DNA of 63,166 bases, filler included, from an uncultured Synergistales bacterium (GTDB lineage: Bacteria > Synergistota > Synergistia > Synergistales > Aminobacteriaceae), in assembly GCA_937897575.1 (NCBI GenBank). It is 8 parts of 8 records of this genome, joined end to end, with 100 filler letters (N's around TTAATTAATTAA, not from the genome) between each part and the next. Parts side by side here need not be neighbours in the genome. Positions count along the whole stretch, not along the records: positions 31,225 to 52,909 come from CALCQG010000013.1; positions 53,010 to 57,268 come from CALCQG010000014.1; 6 more parts are not named here. The stretch is one strand, 5' to 3'. Position 1 is the stretch's first letter. Each line of letters starts with the position of its first letter. Positions 47,828 through 57,368 of the stretch are shown here, piece by piece. The notes below the pieces were generated by a model, which was not told the DNA's origin, ran no database searches, and saw nothing but the letters and a program-made list of their open reading frames with translations. The translations under genes were made by a program, and so were the position numbers.

Positions 47828-48963
47828 GAGGCGTATATCTCCCTGCAGGCCCTCATCAGAAGGCCCACCTTCGCCCACATGAACAGCAACGAACTTCCGC
47901 CGTAGCTGACGAAGGGCAGCGGGATGCCTGTCAGGGGCATGAGCTTCAGGACCCCTCCGAGATTGATGAAAAAGGGGATCAGCACCGAGACCGTTACGCC
48001 CCAGACCAGAGAGGCGAGGAAGGGGTCCTCCGTGCTCCTGGCCGCCTTGTACACCGAGCAGGCCCTCGTCGTCCACAGAAAGAAGAGGAGGATCACCGAG
48101 ATGGTCCCGACGAAGCCGAACTCCTCCCCTATGGTGGCGAAGATATAGTCCGTGTGGGCAGCGGGGAGGTAGTTGAGCTTCTGCAGCCCCTTCCCGATCC
48201 CCACGCCCAGAATGCCGCCGTTGGAGAAGGCCACAAGCCCCTGAATCATCTGAAATCCGCTGTCCATCGGCTCCTCCCACGGGTTCAGGAAGGCCATGTA
48301 CCGTCGGACACGGTACCCGGCGCTGAGGATCAGGGGGAAGGAGGCCATCAGGGCGCCGCCTCCCAGGAAAACGGGCCAGCTCCACCCCCTCGCCTCCACG
48401 TGCAGGGCCATGACGAGGCCGAAGATCACCATCGTCCCTCCGATGTTCGGCTGGAAGATCAGGGGGAGGACGGAGATCCCCAGGATCATGAGCGTGACCG
48501 AGAGGAAGGATGAGAGCCCTCTCTTGGGCGAGACGCTCATGAGCTTCGCAAGATGAACGGCCACTGCGAGGGAGAGGAACTCCACGGGCTGGAAGCGGAA
48601 GCCGCCCACCCCGAGCCATCGCCTGGCGCCTCCCGCCTTGATGCCCACGCCCGGGATCAGCGTCAGCACGAGGAGGAGGAGGGCGAAGAGCCAGATGATG
48701 CCGCTGGAACGCCTCCAGAAGGAGATGGGGATGACGTACACCATGACCATGGCGCCGATGGCGATGCAAAACCACTGGACCTGGCGCAGTCCGAGGGCGA
48801 AGGGCGAGCCGAGCTCCTCCAGGGAGACCTGGGCCGTCAGGGAGAAGATCATCATGATCCCGAAGGCGACGAGCACCAGAGGGATCATCCACAGAAGCGG
48901 ATCGACCCGGACGTGCACGCCTTCGCTCTCCTGCCGGTAGGCCCTCTCCATGGACACGATCAC
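47824..48963 (-). CDS. ftsW: Peptidoglycan glycosyltransferase (SEDS family)
   Basis: GARRWL, FQPVE, LPAAHTDYIF, GIPLPFVSYGGSS. Confidence 0.93.
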   Translation of the reverse strand: MIVSMERAYRQESEGVHVRVDPLLWMIPLVLVAFGIMMIFSLTAQVSLEELGSPFALGLRQVQWFCIAIGAMVMVYVIPISFWRRSSGIIWLFALLLLVLTLIPGVGIKAGGARRWLGVGGFRFQPVEFLSLAVAVHLAKLMSVSPKRGLSSFLSVTLMILGISVLPLIFQPNIGGTMVIFGLVMALHVEARGWSWPVFLGGGALMASFPLILSAGYRVRRYMAFLNPWEEPMDSGFQMIQGLVAFSNGGILGVGIGKGLQKLNYLPAAHTDYIFATIGEEFGFVGTISVILLFFLWTTRACSVYKAARSTEDPFLASLVWGVTVSVLIPFFINLGGVLKLMPLTGIPLPFVSYGGSSLLFMWAKVGLLMRACREIYAS

Positions 48964-50336
48964 CGCCCCATCCCCAGCACGATCTGCTGAAAGTGTTCGC
49001 CGCGCCGCTTGTAGTTCGGGTACATATCCCAGCTGGTGCACGCCGGCGAGAGGAGCACGACCCCGCCGTCGGGCACGGCGAGCGTCGCCTGCCGCACGGC
49101 GTCCTCCATGGTCTCCGCCTCGAGGACGACGGGACACCGGGCTTCCCGGAGCGCCCGGACGATCTTGTCCTTCTCCTCTCCCAGGACGACGGCAGCACAG
49201 GCGTTGGTCCGAACGGCCTCGGCAAGAGGCCCGTACTCCTCCCCCTTGCCCTGCCCTCCGAGAATGATCGCCTTGTCGCCGGGGATCGAGACGAGGGCCG
49301 TGATCGTCGACGCCACGTTCGTCCCCTTGGAGTCGTCGATGTACAGGATGCCCCCGACACGGCCGACCTCCTGACACCGATGCGGCAACCCCTTGAACCC
49401 GGAAAATCCCTCGGCGGAGGAGAGCGCCCCTGCGCCGAGCATCCGAAGCGCCGCCGCGGCCATGGCTCCGTTTTCGACGTTGTGCTTCCCTATGAGCGGC
49501 AGCTGGTCGAAGGAGAAAAGAAGCTCCATCTGCCCGTCTCGAACGAGGAAGACCTCTTCGCGGTCACCGTCGGCCAGAATTTCCAAGGGAGCGGGCTCAT
49601 GGCGCTGATTGCGCCACCAGAACTCCGCGACGGACGATCTTTCCCTCCGCCCCAGAAGTTCGGAAACATCCCGTCCCTGGACGATGGCCATCCCTCCTTC
49701 CCTCTGGTTGGCGAAGATATTGGCCTTCGCTCCCACATAGGCTTCGTAGCTCCCATGCCAGTCGATGTGGTCCGGGGCGAGGTTCGTCACCACGCCGAGG
49801 GCACAGGAGAAGCGCGTGCTCCAGTGCAGCTGGAAACTGCTCAGTTCGACCACGATGTAGTCCCACGACTGCAGCGCGGCGTCGGCCAAGGCTCGGCCGA
49901 TGTTCCCCGAGAGGGAGACCTTGTACCCGTTTCGCTCGAGCATATGGGCGATCAAGGACGTCGTTGTGCTCTTCCCGTTGCTCCCCGTGATTCCGACGAG
50001 CGTGCCGTATAGATAGGGCGTGAGAAAATCGAGCTCCCCCACCACCGGGCACCTTCTCTGCCGCGCTTCCTCGACGACGAGTGCCGACGGAGGGATGCCC
50101 GAGCTGAGGACGAGCATGTCCGCCTCGAAAGCCCGCTCCGTATGCCCTCCATCCTCCCACCCTATGCCCCGGGCTGCGAGGCGACCGCGGACGTCGTCCG
50201 CCACGACGCCTTTGTCGGAGACGAAGACCCGGGCGCCGAGGCGTTCCGCCAGGAGGGCAAGCCCCTCTCCGCTGACGCCCGCGCCGATGACCGTAACCCT
50301 TTTTTCCTGAAGAGCACCGTGCCCCATCCCGCTCAT
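48960..50336 (-). CDS. murD: UDP-MurNAc-L-Ala--D-glutamate ligase
   Basis: GSNGKSTT, ELSSFQL, DDSKGTN, LLSPACTS. Confidence 0.95.
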   Translation of the reverse strand: MSGMGHGALQEKRVTVIGAGVSGEGLALLAERLGARVFVSDKGVVADDVRGRLAARGIGWEDGGHTERAFEADMLVLSSGIPPSALVVEEARQRRCPVVGELDFLTPYLYGTLVGITGSNGKSTTTSLIAHMLERNGYKVSLSGNIGRALADAALQSWDYIVVELSSFQLHWSTRFSCALGVVTNLAPDHIDWHGSYEAYVGAKANIFANQREGGMAIVQGRDVSELLGRRERSSVAEFWWRNQRHEPAPLEILADGDREEVFLVRDGQMELLFSFDQLPLIGKHNVENGAMAAAALRMLGAGALSSAEGFSGFKGLPHRCQEVGRVGGILYIDDSKGTNVASTITALVSIPGDKAIILGGQGKGEEYGPLAEAVRTNACAAVVLGEEKDKIVRALREARCPVVLEAETMEDAVRQATLAVPDGGVVLLSPACTSWDMYPNYKRRGEHFQQIVLGMGR

Positions 50337-50355
50337 CGCTCCATCCTCCGGGCGC

Positions 50356-51312
50356 TCATTCCGAGAAGATCCACGTGATGACCGTCGCAAGCAGCGTCAA
50401 CCCCACCCCGTGGATGATCCAGAAACGCGCCACAATCTGCGTCTCGCTCCACCCCAGCAGCTCGAAGTGATGATGCATGGGGCTCATCAGAAAGACCTTC
50501 CGTTTATAACCGTGAATGGCCACGAGCTGAATCGCCACCGAGGCGATCTCGAGGCCGAAGAGGAAGCCCAGGGGAAGAAGCGCGATGAGACAGTCGCCGT
50601 AGACGCAGAAGCTGATGAGCATCCCCGCCAGGAAGTGGGACCCCACATCGCCCATGAAGATCTTCGCAGGGTGGGCGTTGTGCCAAAGAAAGGCGGTGCA
50701 CAGGGCGAGGCCCGCCAGGACCGAGTAGAATATGGGGTCGTCGAGAGGGAGCCAGATGAGCGCTCCGAGCAGGGACAGGATGCAGGCCCCCGCCGCCAGT
50801 CCGTCCAGACCGTCGGTCACGTTGACGGCGTTCAGAACGCCGATGGAGAGGAACATGATGACGGGCACGGCCAGCCAGACCGGGAGTTCGATGCCGGGCC
50901 ACAGGCTGATCCCGTGGTACACCGAGGTCCAGTACGCCCACGGGATCACGAGGACGATCTGCGCGACCAGCTTGTAGATGCTTGCGAACCCCTCGCTGGA
51001 CTTCATCCGGAATTTGATCCAGTCGTCGGCGAACCCGATGGCCGCCGCACCGAGGGGAAGGAGCCAGAGGGCCCCCAGCTCGGACCACACATCCAGGGAG
51101 AGCCCTCCGATCAGGGGGATGGTGACGAGGGCGACGGGGATGAAGACCACACCGCCCATGGACGGGGTGGACGATTTCGTCGCGATGTGGTTCCGGGGCC
51201 CATAGGCCTTCTGTATGAGCGTGACCCGCCACTGGTGGAGCTTGCCGATCCAACGCTCCTGGAGCCATATTTCAAGAGCCATGACGACGGCGATCACGAC
51301 GACGAATTTCAC
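50356..51312 (-). CDS. mraY: Phospho-MurNAc-pentapeptide transferase
   Basis: TPSMGG, NAVNVTDGLDGL, FMGDVGS, PMHHHFE. Confidence 0.95.
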   Translation of the reverse strand: MKFVVVIAVVMALEIWLQERWIGKLHQWRVTLIQKAYGPRNHIATKSSTPSMGGVVFIPVALVTIPLIGGLSLDVWSELGALWLLPLGAAAIGFADDWIKFRMKSSEGFASIYKLVAQIVLVIPWAYWTSVYHGISLWPGIELPVWLAVPVIMFLSIGVLNAVNVTDGLDGLAAGACILSLLGALIWLPLDDPIFYSVLAGLALCTAFLWHNAHPAKIFMGDVGSHFLAGMLISFCVYGDCLIALLPLGFLFGLEIASVAIQLVAIHGYKRKVFLMSPMHHHFELLGWSETQIVARFWIIHGVGLTLLATVITWIFSE

Positions 51313-52673
51313 TGCTCTTCCCCCTCGAGAAACGCGACAAGCCTGTCCAGGCGATTTCCGTGAGACCCCTTCACCAGAAGCACATCGCCCTTCCCCAGGC
51401 CTGAACGAAGCTGCTCTCCAAGAGCCGCAGCGTTCTGTATCAGCTCTCCGTTGGTTGGCAGCGGCTCTTCCTCCGCGACGCGCGCCCATATCGCCCCATA
51501 GAGCCACACCCAGTCGTAGGGCTTGAAAAGGGCGAGCAGGGCGCGGTGGTAATCGACCTCCGACGCTCCGAGTTCGAGCATCTCGCCGATCACGGCGAAC
51601 CGGCGCCGCGCGGGAATCCTTGCCCCCTCCTCGAGGGATGCGCGAAGGGAGGTGGGGTTGGCGTTGTACGCATCATCCACCAGGATCGCGCCCGATGGCA
51701 GGACGACGATCCGCCCCCTCCCGGCGAGGGGCGACATGGTCTCGAGTTCGGCCAGTATCCGGTCCCGGGAGCCGCCGAGATAAAAACCCACGGCCAGGGC
51801 GAACCCTATGGCATAGGCCCCGTGACGCCCGAAGAACTGGGAGGACACGAAACAGGCCCCGCCCGGGTACTTGAAGTCGAAGGTCAATCTCGGCCGCCCG
51901 CGATCGAGCAGGAACTCCGGCGACCTCATCTGGAAATCCCCCTCTTCGCAGCCCACGGCGAACGTCTGGACCTCCGGCGGAAAGGCTGCTTTTTTTTCGC
52001 CGAGGAGTCTGTTATCTCCATTATAAAAGAAGGCCTTGAGCCGAGGCGACCGGAGGATCTCGCACTTCGCCTCCAGGATCCCCTCCACGGATGAAAAACC
52101 CTCCAGGTGCGACGGGACGACCTCCGTGACGACGGCGATGGTCGGAGGAAAGAAGCGGACCATCTCCGCTATCTCCCCGGGGTGGTTCGCCCCCATCTCG
52201 AGAATGAGCGCTTCACTCGTCTCGGGCATGCCCAGGATCGTGAGGGCGCATCCGACAAGGGTGTTGTAGCTGTGCTCCGATGAATGGACGCTGAAGGACG
52301 TGGCCAGGCAGCGGCGGAGGATCTCCTTCGTCGTCGTCTTGCCCACGCTGCCCGTGATGGCGATGACCTCCAGATCCTTCGACCGGGCCAGCAGCTTCGA
52401 CGCAAGGTCGGGAATGTCGCGGAAACAATCCTTCAGACGGATGGACGGGACGGAGTCCGGCACGTTTGCGTCGTCCTCGCAGAGGATCAGCGATGCTCCC
52501 CTTCCGACGGCATCCGCGATGAAATCGTGCCCGTCCTGCTTGGTCCCCCGAAAGGCGACAAAGGCATCTCCGGGGCCGACAAGACGGCTGTCCGCAAGGA
52601 ATTTTCCCGGGACGGGACCGTCGGGGCCCTTCAGGCGTGCGCCTGCGGCGGAGGCCAGAGAGGACATCCTCAT
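51309..52673 (-). CDS. murF: UDP-MurNAc-tripeptide--D-Ala-D-Ala ligase
   Basis: ITGSVGKTTTK, EMGANH, DAYNANP, LVKGS. Confidence 0.94.
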   Translation of the reverse strand: MRMSSLASAAGARLKGPDGPVPGKFLADSRLVGPGDAFVAFRGTKQDGHDFIADAVGRGASLILCEDDANVPDSVPSIRLKDCFRDIPDLASKLLARSKDLEVIAITGSVGKTTTKEILRRCLATSFSVHSSEHSYNTLVGCALTILGMPETSEALILEMGANHPGEIAEMVRFFPPTIAVVTEVVPSHLEGFSSVEGILEAKCEILRSPRLKAFFYNGDNRLLGEKKAAFPPEVQTFAVGCEEGDFQMRSPEFLLDRGRPRLTFDFKYPGGACFVSSQFFGRHGAYAIGFALAVGFYLGGSRDRILAELETMSPLAGRGRIVVLPSGAILVDDAYNANPTSLRASLEEGARIPARRRFAVIGEMLELGASEVDYHRALLALFKPYDWVWLYGAIWARVAEEEPLPTNGELIQNAAALGEQLRSGLGKGDVLLVKGSHGNRLDRLVAFLEGEEQ

Positions 52674-52909
52674 CGCCACGTCACTCCCTTGCGCGCCGCC
52701 CATGCAAGCACGGCATCCCGGTCCGAATAGGGGATCTTTCTGTCCCCGATGACGATATGTTTTTCAGGACCCTTTCCGGAGATCACGACGACGTCGCCGG
52801 ATTTGGCGCCTTCGAGTGCCGCGAACACCGCCGCCTCCCGGTCCAGAATGGTGGACAGGACCGTCCCTCTTCGTGCCTCCAACACGCCCTGCTCGATCTG
52901 CCGAGCGAT
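52670..52909 (-). CDS. murE: UDP-MurNAc-dipeptide ligase (C-terminal fragment)
   Basis: DREAAV, GDVVVISGKGPE; directly upstream of murF. Confidence 0.85.
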   Translation of the reverse strand: MARQIEQGVLEARRGTVLSTILDREAAVFAALEGAKSGDVVVISGKGPEKHIVIGDRKIPYSDRDAVLAWAARKGVTWR

Positions 52910-53107
52910 NNNNNNNNNNNNNNNNNNNNNNNNNNNNNNNNNNNNNNNNNNNNTTAATTAATTAANNNNNNNNNNNNNNNNNNNNNNNNNNNNNNNNNNN
53001 NNNNNNNNNGATGTTTTATAGCCTGGGCGATATTTTCACGGGCAGGACTTCGCGCATTTTTTGAAGTAGAATAGAAAAAAAGATATCCGGGGGGCGCGTT
53101 GTGATTC

Positions 53108-53135
53108 TTGACAGCCCCTTTTCCTCTGTTACTAT
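53108..53135 (+). promoter_or_regulatory. Sigma70 promoter of tRNA-Gln
   Basis: TTGACA-16 nt-TACTAT with extended -10 TG. Confidence 0.7.
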
Positions 53136-53152
53136 ATTGTGGTCGCCGAAAC

Positions 53153-53226
53153 TGGGGTGTAGCCAAGCGGCAAGGCAGCGGACTTTGGATCCGCGATCGC
53201 TGGTTCGAGTCCAGCCACCCCAGCCA
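53153..53226 (+). tRNA. tRNA-Gln(TTG)
   Basis: Acceptor TGGGGTG/CACCCCA, anticodon arm GCGGA-CTTTGGA-TCCGC, T-arm GCTGG-TTCGAGT-CCAGC, encoded CCA. Confidence 0.96.
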
Positions 53227-53295
53227 CTTTCGATGGCGATGTCACGTGCCGGGTAGTCGTGCCACAACTATTTCATAAAAGGTGATGATGCAGAG

Positions 53296-54705
53296 ATGCG
53301 GAGCGGACCGGAGAAAACAGGGGCGCTCGTTCTCGCCGCAGGAAAAGGCACGAGGATGAAGAGCGAACTTCCCAAAGTCCTCGTACCCGCCCTGGATCAA
53401 CCTATTCTGTACTACGTCCTCCGCACCCTCGATCGGTGCGGGGATATCTTTGCATCGACGGCCGCCGTGGTGGGGCACAAGGGCGAGCTCGTCCAACGCT
53501 ACATTTCGTCCGCATGGGAGAGCGTGGTCCCCATCTGGCAGCACCAGCAGCTTGGGACGGGACACGCCGTCCAGATAGCCCGAGAGTGGTGGACGGGGCT
53601 GGATAATCTCCTCGTCCTCCCCGGCGATGTCCCGCTTCTGACGAGCGACTCCCTTCGCGCGCTCGTCGAGCGACATGTGGCCGACTCGGCGGATTGCTCC
53701 TTCATCACCTTCTCGGCGCGGAACCCCTTCGGGTACGGTCGGGTCGTCCGCGACGGCAGTTCGAACGTCGCCTCCATCGTGGAGGAGAGGGACGCCACGC
53801 CCGAACAGCGGTCCTTGAGGGAAGTGAACAGCGGCATCTACATCTTCAGGGTCTCCTCCCTGCTGCCGCACATCGACAGGCTGAGCAACGAGAACGCCCA
53901 GGGCGAGTACTACCTGCCCGACATCATCGACCTGATGATCCGCTGCGGCATGAGGGTCGCGACGGTGATGACGGAGTGGGAGGACGAGTTCCGAGGGATC
54001 AACACGCAGCTCCAGCTCGCCGAGGCCGTCTCGCTGCTGCGGGAGGATATCGTCCGGTCGCACCTCGCGCAGGGCGTCCGGATGCTGGACCCGTCGACGG
54101 TGTGGATCGGCCCCGAGGTGCATCTGGGCGAGGGCGCGGTCCTCGACCCCTATGTGCAGCTCTGGGGCGCAACGACCGTCGGACGGGGCTGCGAGATCGG
54201 GTCCTTTTCGATCCTGCGGGATATGCAGCTTGCCGACGACGTCCGGGTCCTGAGCCACTCCGTCCTCTCGGGCAGTTCCCTTGCCCGGGGCGCGAGGGTC
54301 GGACCCTTCATCGTCATCCGGGACGGTGCGGTCCTTGAGGAAGAGGCACAGGCGGGCAAGTTCGTGGAGATAAAGAAAAGTGTCGTCGGGCGGAGGAGCA
54401 AGGTGCCCCATCTGACGTACATGGGCGATGCGTCCGTCGGAGAGGGGAGCAATGTCGGCGCCGGGACGGTCACGTGCAACTACGACGGCGAGCGGAAACA
54501 TCCGACGCGCATAGGAGACCGGTGTTTCGTCGGCAGCGGCACGATGCTCGTCGCTCCGGTGACCGTAGGAAACGACAGCTTCATCGCCGCCGGTTCCGTG
54601 GTCACGTCCGATGTACCCGAGGACGCTCTGGCTGTCGGGAGGGCCCGCCAGAAGAACATCGAAGGCTGGGCCTCAAAGAGAAAAAGGTTGAGGAAGGGAG
54701 ACTGA
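53296..54705 (+). CDS. glmU: Bifunctional UDP-GlcNAc pyrophosphorylase/acetyltransferase
   Basis: LAAGKGTRMKS, QLGTGHA, EYYLPD, TCNYDG, hexapeptide repeats. Confidence 0.96.
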   Translation: MRSGPEKTGALVLAAGKGTRMKSELPKVLVPALDQPILYYVLRTLDRCGDIFASTAAVVGHKGELVQRYISSAWESVVPIWQHQQLGTGHAVQIAREWWTGLDNLLVLPGDVPLLTSDSLRALVERHVADSADCSFITFSARNPFGYGRVVRDGSSNVASIVEERDATPEQRSLREVNSGIYIFRVSSLLPHIDRLSNENAQGEYYLPDIIDLMIRCGMRVATVMTEWEDEFRGINTQLQLAEAVSLLREDIVRSHLAQGVRMLDPSTVWIGPEVHLGEGAVLDPYVQLWGATTVGRGCEIGSFSILRDMQLADDVRVLSHSVLSGSSLARGARVGPFIVIRDGAVLEEEAQAGKFVEIKKSVVGRRSKVPHLTYMGDASVGEGSNVGAGTVTCNYDGERKHPTRIGDRCFVGSGTMLVAPVTVGNDSFIAAGSVVTSDVPEDALAVGRARQKNIEGWASKRKRLRKGD

Positions 54706-54710
54706 GCGAC

Positions 54711-55679
54711 ATGGAGGGCACCGTTCGCGAACTGAAGATTTTTTCCGGCACAGCCCATCCGGAGTTCGCAGGCAGGATATGCAGCGAGCTCGGGATCGAT
54801 CTCTCGAGGGCGAAGCACTACCGTTTCTCCGACGGCGAGATCGGGCTGTCCATCGAGGAGAGCGTGCGCGGGTCCGATGTCTTTGTCGTCCAGCCGACAA
54901 GCAACCCGGTGAACGACAACCTCATGGAGTTGCTCATCATGATCGATGCGCTGAAACGGGCGTCGGCCTACAGGATCAACGTGGTCATCCCCTACTTCGG
55001 GTACGCCAGGCAGGACAGAAAGAACAAGGCCAGGGACCCCATCTCGGCGAAGCTCGTCGCCAACCTCCTCACGAAGGCCGGGGCGGACCGGGTGCTTACG
55101 GCGGACCTCCACGCGGGGCAGATACAGGGGTTTTTCGACATCCCCGTGGACCATCTCACGGGCGTGCCCCTTCTTGCCAGCTACTTCCGCGAGAACAAGG
55201 AGATCCCCGCCAGTGCGAAGGGGCTCGTGGTCGTGGCCCCCGATGTGGGGGGCGTCGTCCGTGCCAGGAAGTTCGCCGGTATTCTGAAGGCCGACCTGGC
55301 CATCGTCGACAAGCGCCGCTCCCACGAGGTGGCTAACCTCTGCGAGGTCATGGACATCATCGGCGACGTCAAGGGACGCATCGCCGTCATGGTGGACGAC
55401 ATCATCGATACGGCCGGCACCATCTGCAACGCGGCGGCCCTCATCAAGGAGCGCGGCGCCGAGAAGGTGTTCGCCTGCTGTACCCACGGCGTTCTTTCAG
55501 GACCTGCTTTCGACCGCCTCGAGCGGTCCGGTATCGACGAAGTGGTGCTCACGGACACCATCCCATTGCCTCTCAGCGGAAAATCGGATAAAATTATTCA
55601 GTTGTCCATCGCACCACTTTTTGCGGAGGCCATACTGAGGGTGCACAGCGACCGCTCGGTAAGCAGTCTTTTTGATTGA
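54711..55679 (+). CDS. prs: Ribose-phosphate pyrophosphokinase
   Basis: FSDGE, YARQDR, DLHAGQIQGFF, VDDIIDTAGT. Confidence 0.96.
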   Translation: MEGTVRELKIFSGTAHPEFAGRICSELGIDLSRAKHYRFSDGEIGLSIEESVRGSDVFVVQPTSNPVNDNLMELLIMIDALKRASAYRINVVIPYFGYARQDRKNKARDPISAKLVANLLTKAGADRVLTADLHAGQIQGFFDIPVDHLTGVPLLASYFRENKEIPASAKGLVVVAPDVGGVVRARKFAGILKADLAIVDKRRSHEVANLCEVMDIIGDVKGRIAVMVDDIIDTAGTICNAAALIKERGAEKVFACCTHGVLSGPAFDRLERSGIDEVVLTDTIPLPLSGKSDKIIQLSIAPLFAEAILRVHSDRSVSSLFD

Positions 55680-55722
55680 ATCGCTACAGTATTGTGAAGT
55701 CATCAGGGAGGGTGTGTCGGTT

Positions 55723-56394
55723 ATGGCGAATTTGGTAAGTATCGTTCTGAAAGCCAGAGAGGAACGAGGCAAGGAAAAATGCAAGAAGCTCCGCTCGGAG
55801 GGGATCCCTTGCGTCTTCTACGGCCCTGAATACGTCCAGTCTATCCCCTGCACGGCGAACACGGTCGAGATGACGAAGCTCGCCAACTCGCGATGGGAGA
55901 CGCAGGCGCTGGATGCGACGCTTCCGAACGGGAAAAAAGAGATGTGCCTCATCCGTGAGATCCAGAAGGATCCGATCTCCCGGCAGATTCTGCACGTCGA
56001 CTTTCTGCAGCTGGTGAAGGGGCACAAGATCAGCGTGAACGTGCCCGTGCACATCGTGGGCCGGGACAAATGCCCCGGGGTGAAGGCCGGTGGGGTTATC
56101 GAGCACATCCTCCGCGAAATAGAGATGGAGGTCCTGCCCAGCAGCATCCCGGAGATGGTCACCGTGGACGTCTCCGACTTCGAGCTCGGCCACCAGTTCC
56201 ACGTGAAGGACCTCGCCGTCCCCGAGGGAGCCGAGATCCTGGTCGACGCCGATGAGATCGTCATCACCGTCGCGATCCCGAGGAGCGTCGTGGAGGAGGA
56301 GGCCGAGGCCGTCGTCGCCGAGGGCGCCGAAGAGGTCAAGGAGGTCGAGGTCGTAGCGAAGGGGAAGGCGAAGAACGAAGAAGAGGAGCAGTAG
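55723..56394 (+). CDS. rplY: 50S ribosomal protein bL25 (Ctc long form)
   Basis: IPCVFYG, LHVDF, GVKAGG, acidic tail. Confidence 0.92.
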   Translation: MANLVSIVLKAREERGKEKCKKLRSEGIPCVFYGPEYVQSIPCTANTVEMTKLANSRWETQALDATLPNGKKEMCLIREIQKDPISRQILHVDFLQLVKGHKISVNVPVHIVGRDKCPGVKAGGVIEHILREIEMEVLPSSIPEMVTVDVSDFELGHQFHVKDLAVPEGAEILVDADEIVITVAIPRSVVEEEAEAVVAEGAEEVKEVEVVAKGKAKNEEEEQ

Positions 56395-56400
56395 TCCCCT

Positions 56401-56967
56401 GTGAAGCTCATAGCCGGCTTGGGCAACCCGGGGCCGGAGTACGCCTTCTCCCGTCACAACATCGGATGGCTCGTTCTCGACCATCTGGTCGAGCGCTGCT
56501 CCTGCGGGGCGTCGCGGCTTCAATTCTCCTCCATGGCCTGGACCCTGTTCAGAGACGGCAAAAAGCTCCTGCTTCTGAAGCCGCTGACCTACATGAACCT
56601 CAGCGGCACGGCCCTCCGCCAGGCGACGGAGTACTATGACATCCCATGGGACCAGGTCCTCGTCGTGTTTGACGATGTCGCTCTTCCCTTCGCCAAGCTC
56701 AGGATGCGGAAAAAGGGTTCCGCAGGGGGGCACAACGGGATGGCCTCCGTCCTGGGCGCCGCGAAAACCCTCGAGGTCCCGCGTTTGCGCGTGGGCGTCG
56801 GAGCCAAACCGGGGGGCGGCAACTTGGCGCCCTGGGTCCTCGGGGCCTTCTCGCGGGATGAACGGGAACGGCTGCCCGCCCTTCTCGACGAGGCCGTAGC
56901 AGCGGTGGAGACGTGGTGTCTTTCAGGAATCGACCGTGCCATGAACGAGATCAACGGTTTGGAATAA
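56401..56967 (+). CDS. pth: Peptidyl-tRNA hydrolase
   Basis: GLGNPG, RHNIG, TYMNLSG, GGHNG. Confidence 0.95.
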   Translation: MKLIAGLGNPGPEYAFSRHNIGWLVLDHLVERCSCGASRLQFSSMAWTLFRDGKKLLLLKPLTYMNLSGTALRQATEYYDIPWDQVLVVFDDVALPFAKLRMRKKGSAGGHNGMASVLGAAKTLEVPRLRVGVGAKPGGGNLAPWVLGAFSRDERERLPALLDEAVAAVETWCLSGIDRAMNEINGLE

Positions 56968-56975
56968 CGGGCTGG

Positions 56976-57013
56976 AGAAGAGGTGGCGGATGCTCCGTCG
57001 CCTCTTCTTTTTT
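56976..57013 (+). terminator. Rho-independent terminator after pth
   Basis: AGAAGAGGTGGCGGA / TCCGTCGCCTCTTCT stem followed by a T run. Confidence 0.7.
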
Positions 57014-57027
57014 GGGAGCAAACGTGC

Positions 57028-57268
57028 ATGACTGAACGGAACGAGTCGAAAAAAAACAGCAGGGTCTGGGCCATCGACGCGGCGCTCTGGAACAGCGGTG
57101 CGGCGGTTCATCTGCCCCTGTCCGGAGGGGCGGAGTGCTGGGCCTGCCGCGCTCCCACGGCACCGACGGTCGTTTTGTGCCCTGACCGGAAGCGCGCCAC
57201 AACATTCTGCAGCGACTGGGAGACGCTTTTCCCCGAGGAGAGTCTCTACCGTCTCCTCGAAATTCCGC
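57028..57268 (+). CDS. mfd: Probable N-terminus of transcription-repair coupling factor (3' partial)
   Basis: Mainly pth-mfd synteny; weak sequence resemblance. Confidence 0.45.
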
Positions 57269-57368
57269 NNNNNNNNNNNNNNNNNNNNNNNNNNNNNNNN
57301 NNNNNNNNNNNNTTAATTAATTAANNNNNNNNNNNNNNNNNNNNNNNNNNNNNNNNNNNNNNNNNNNN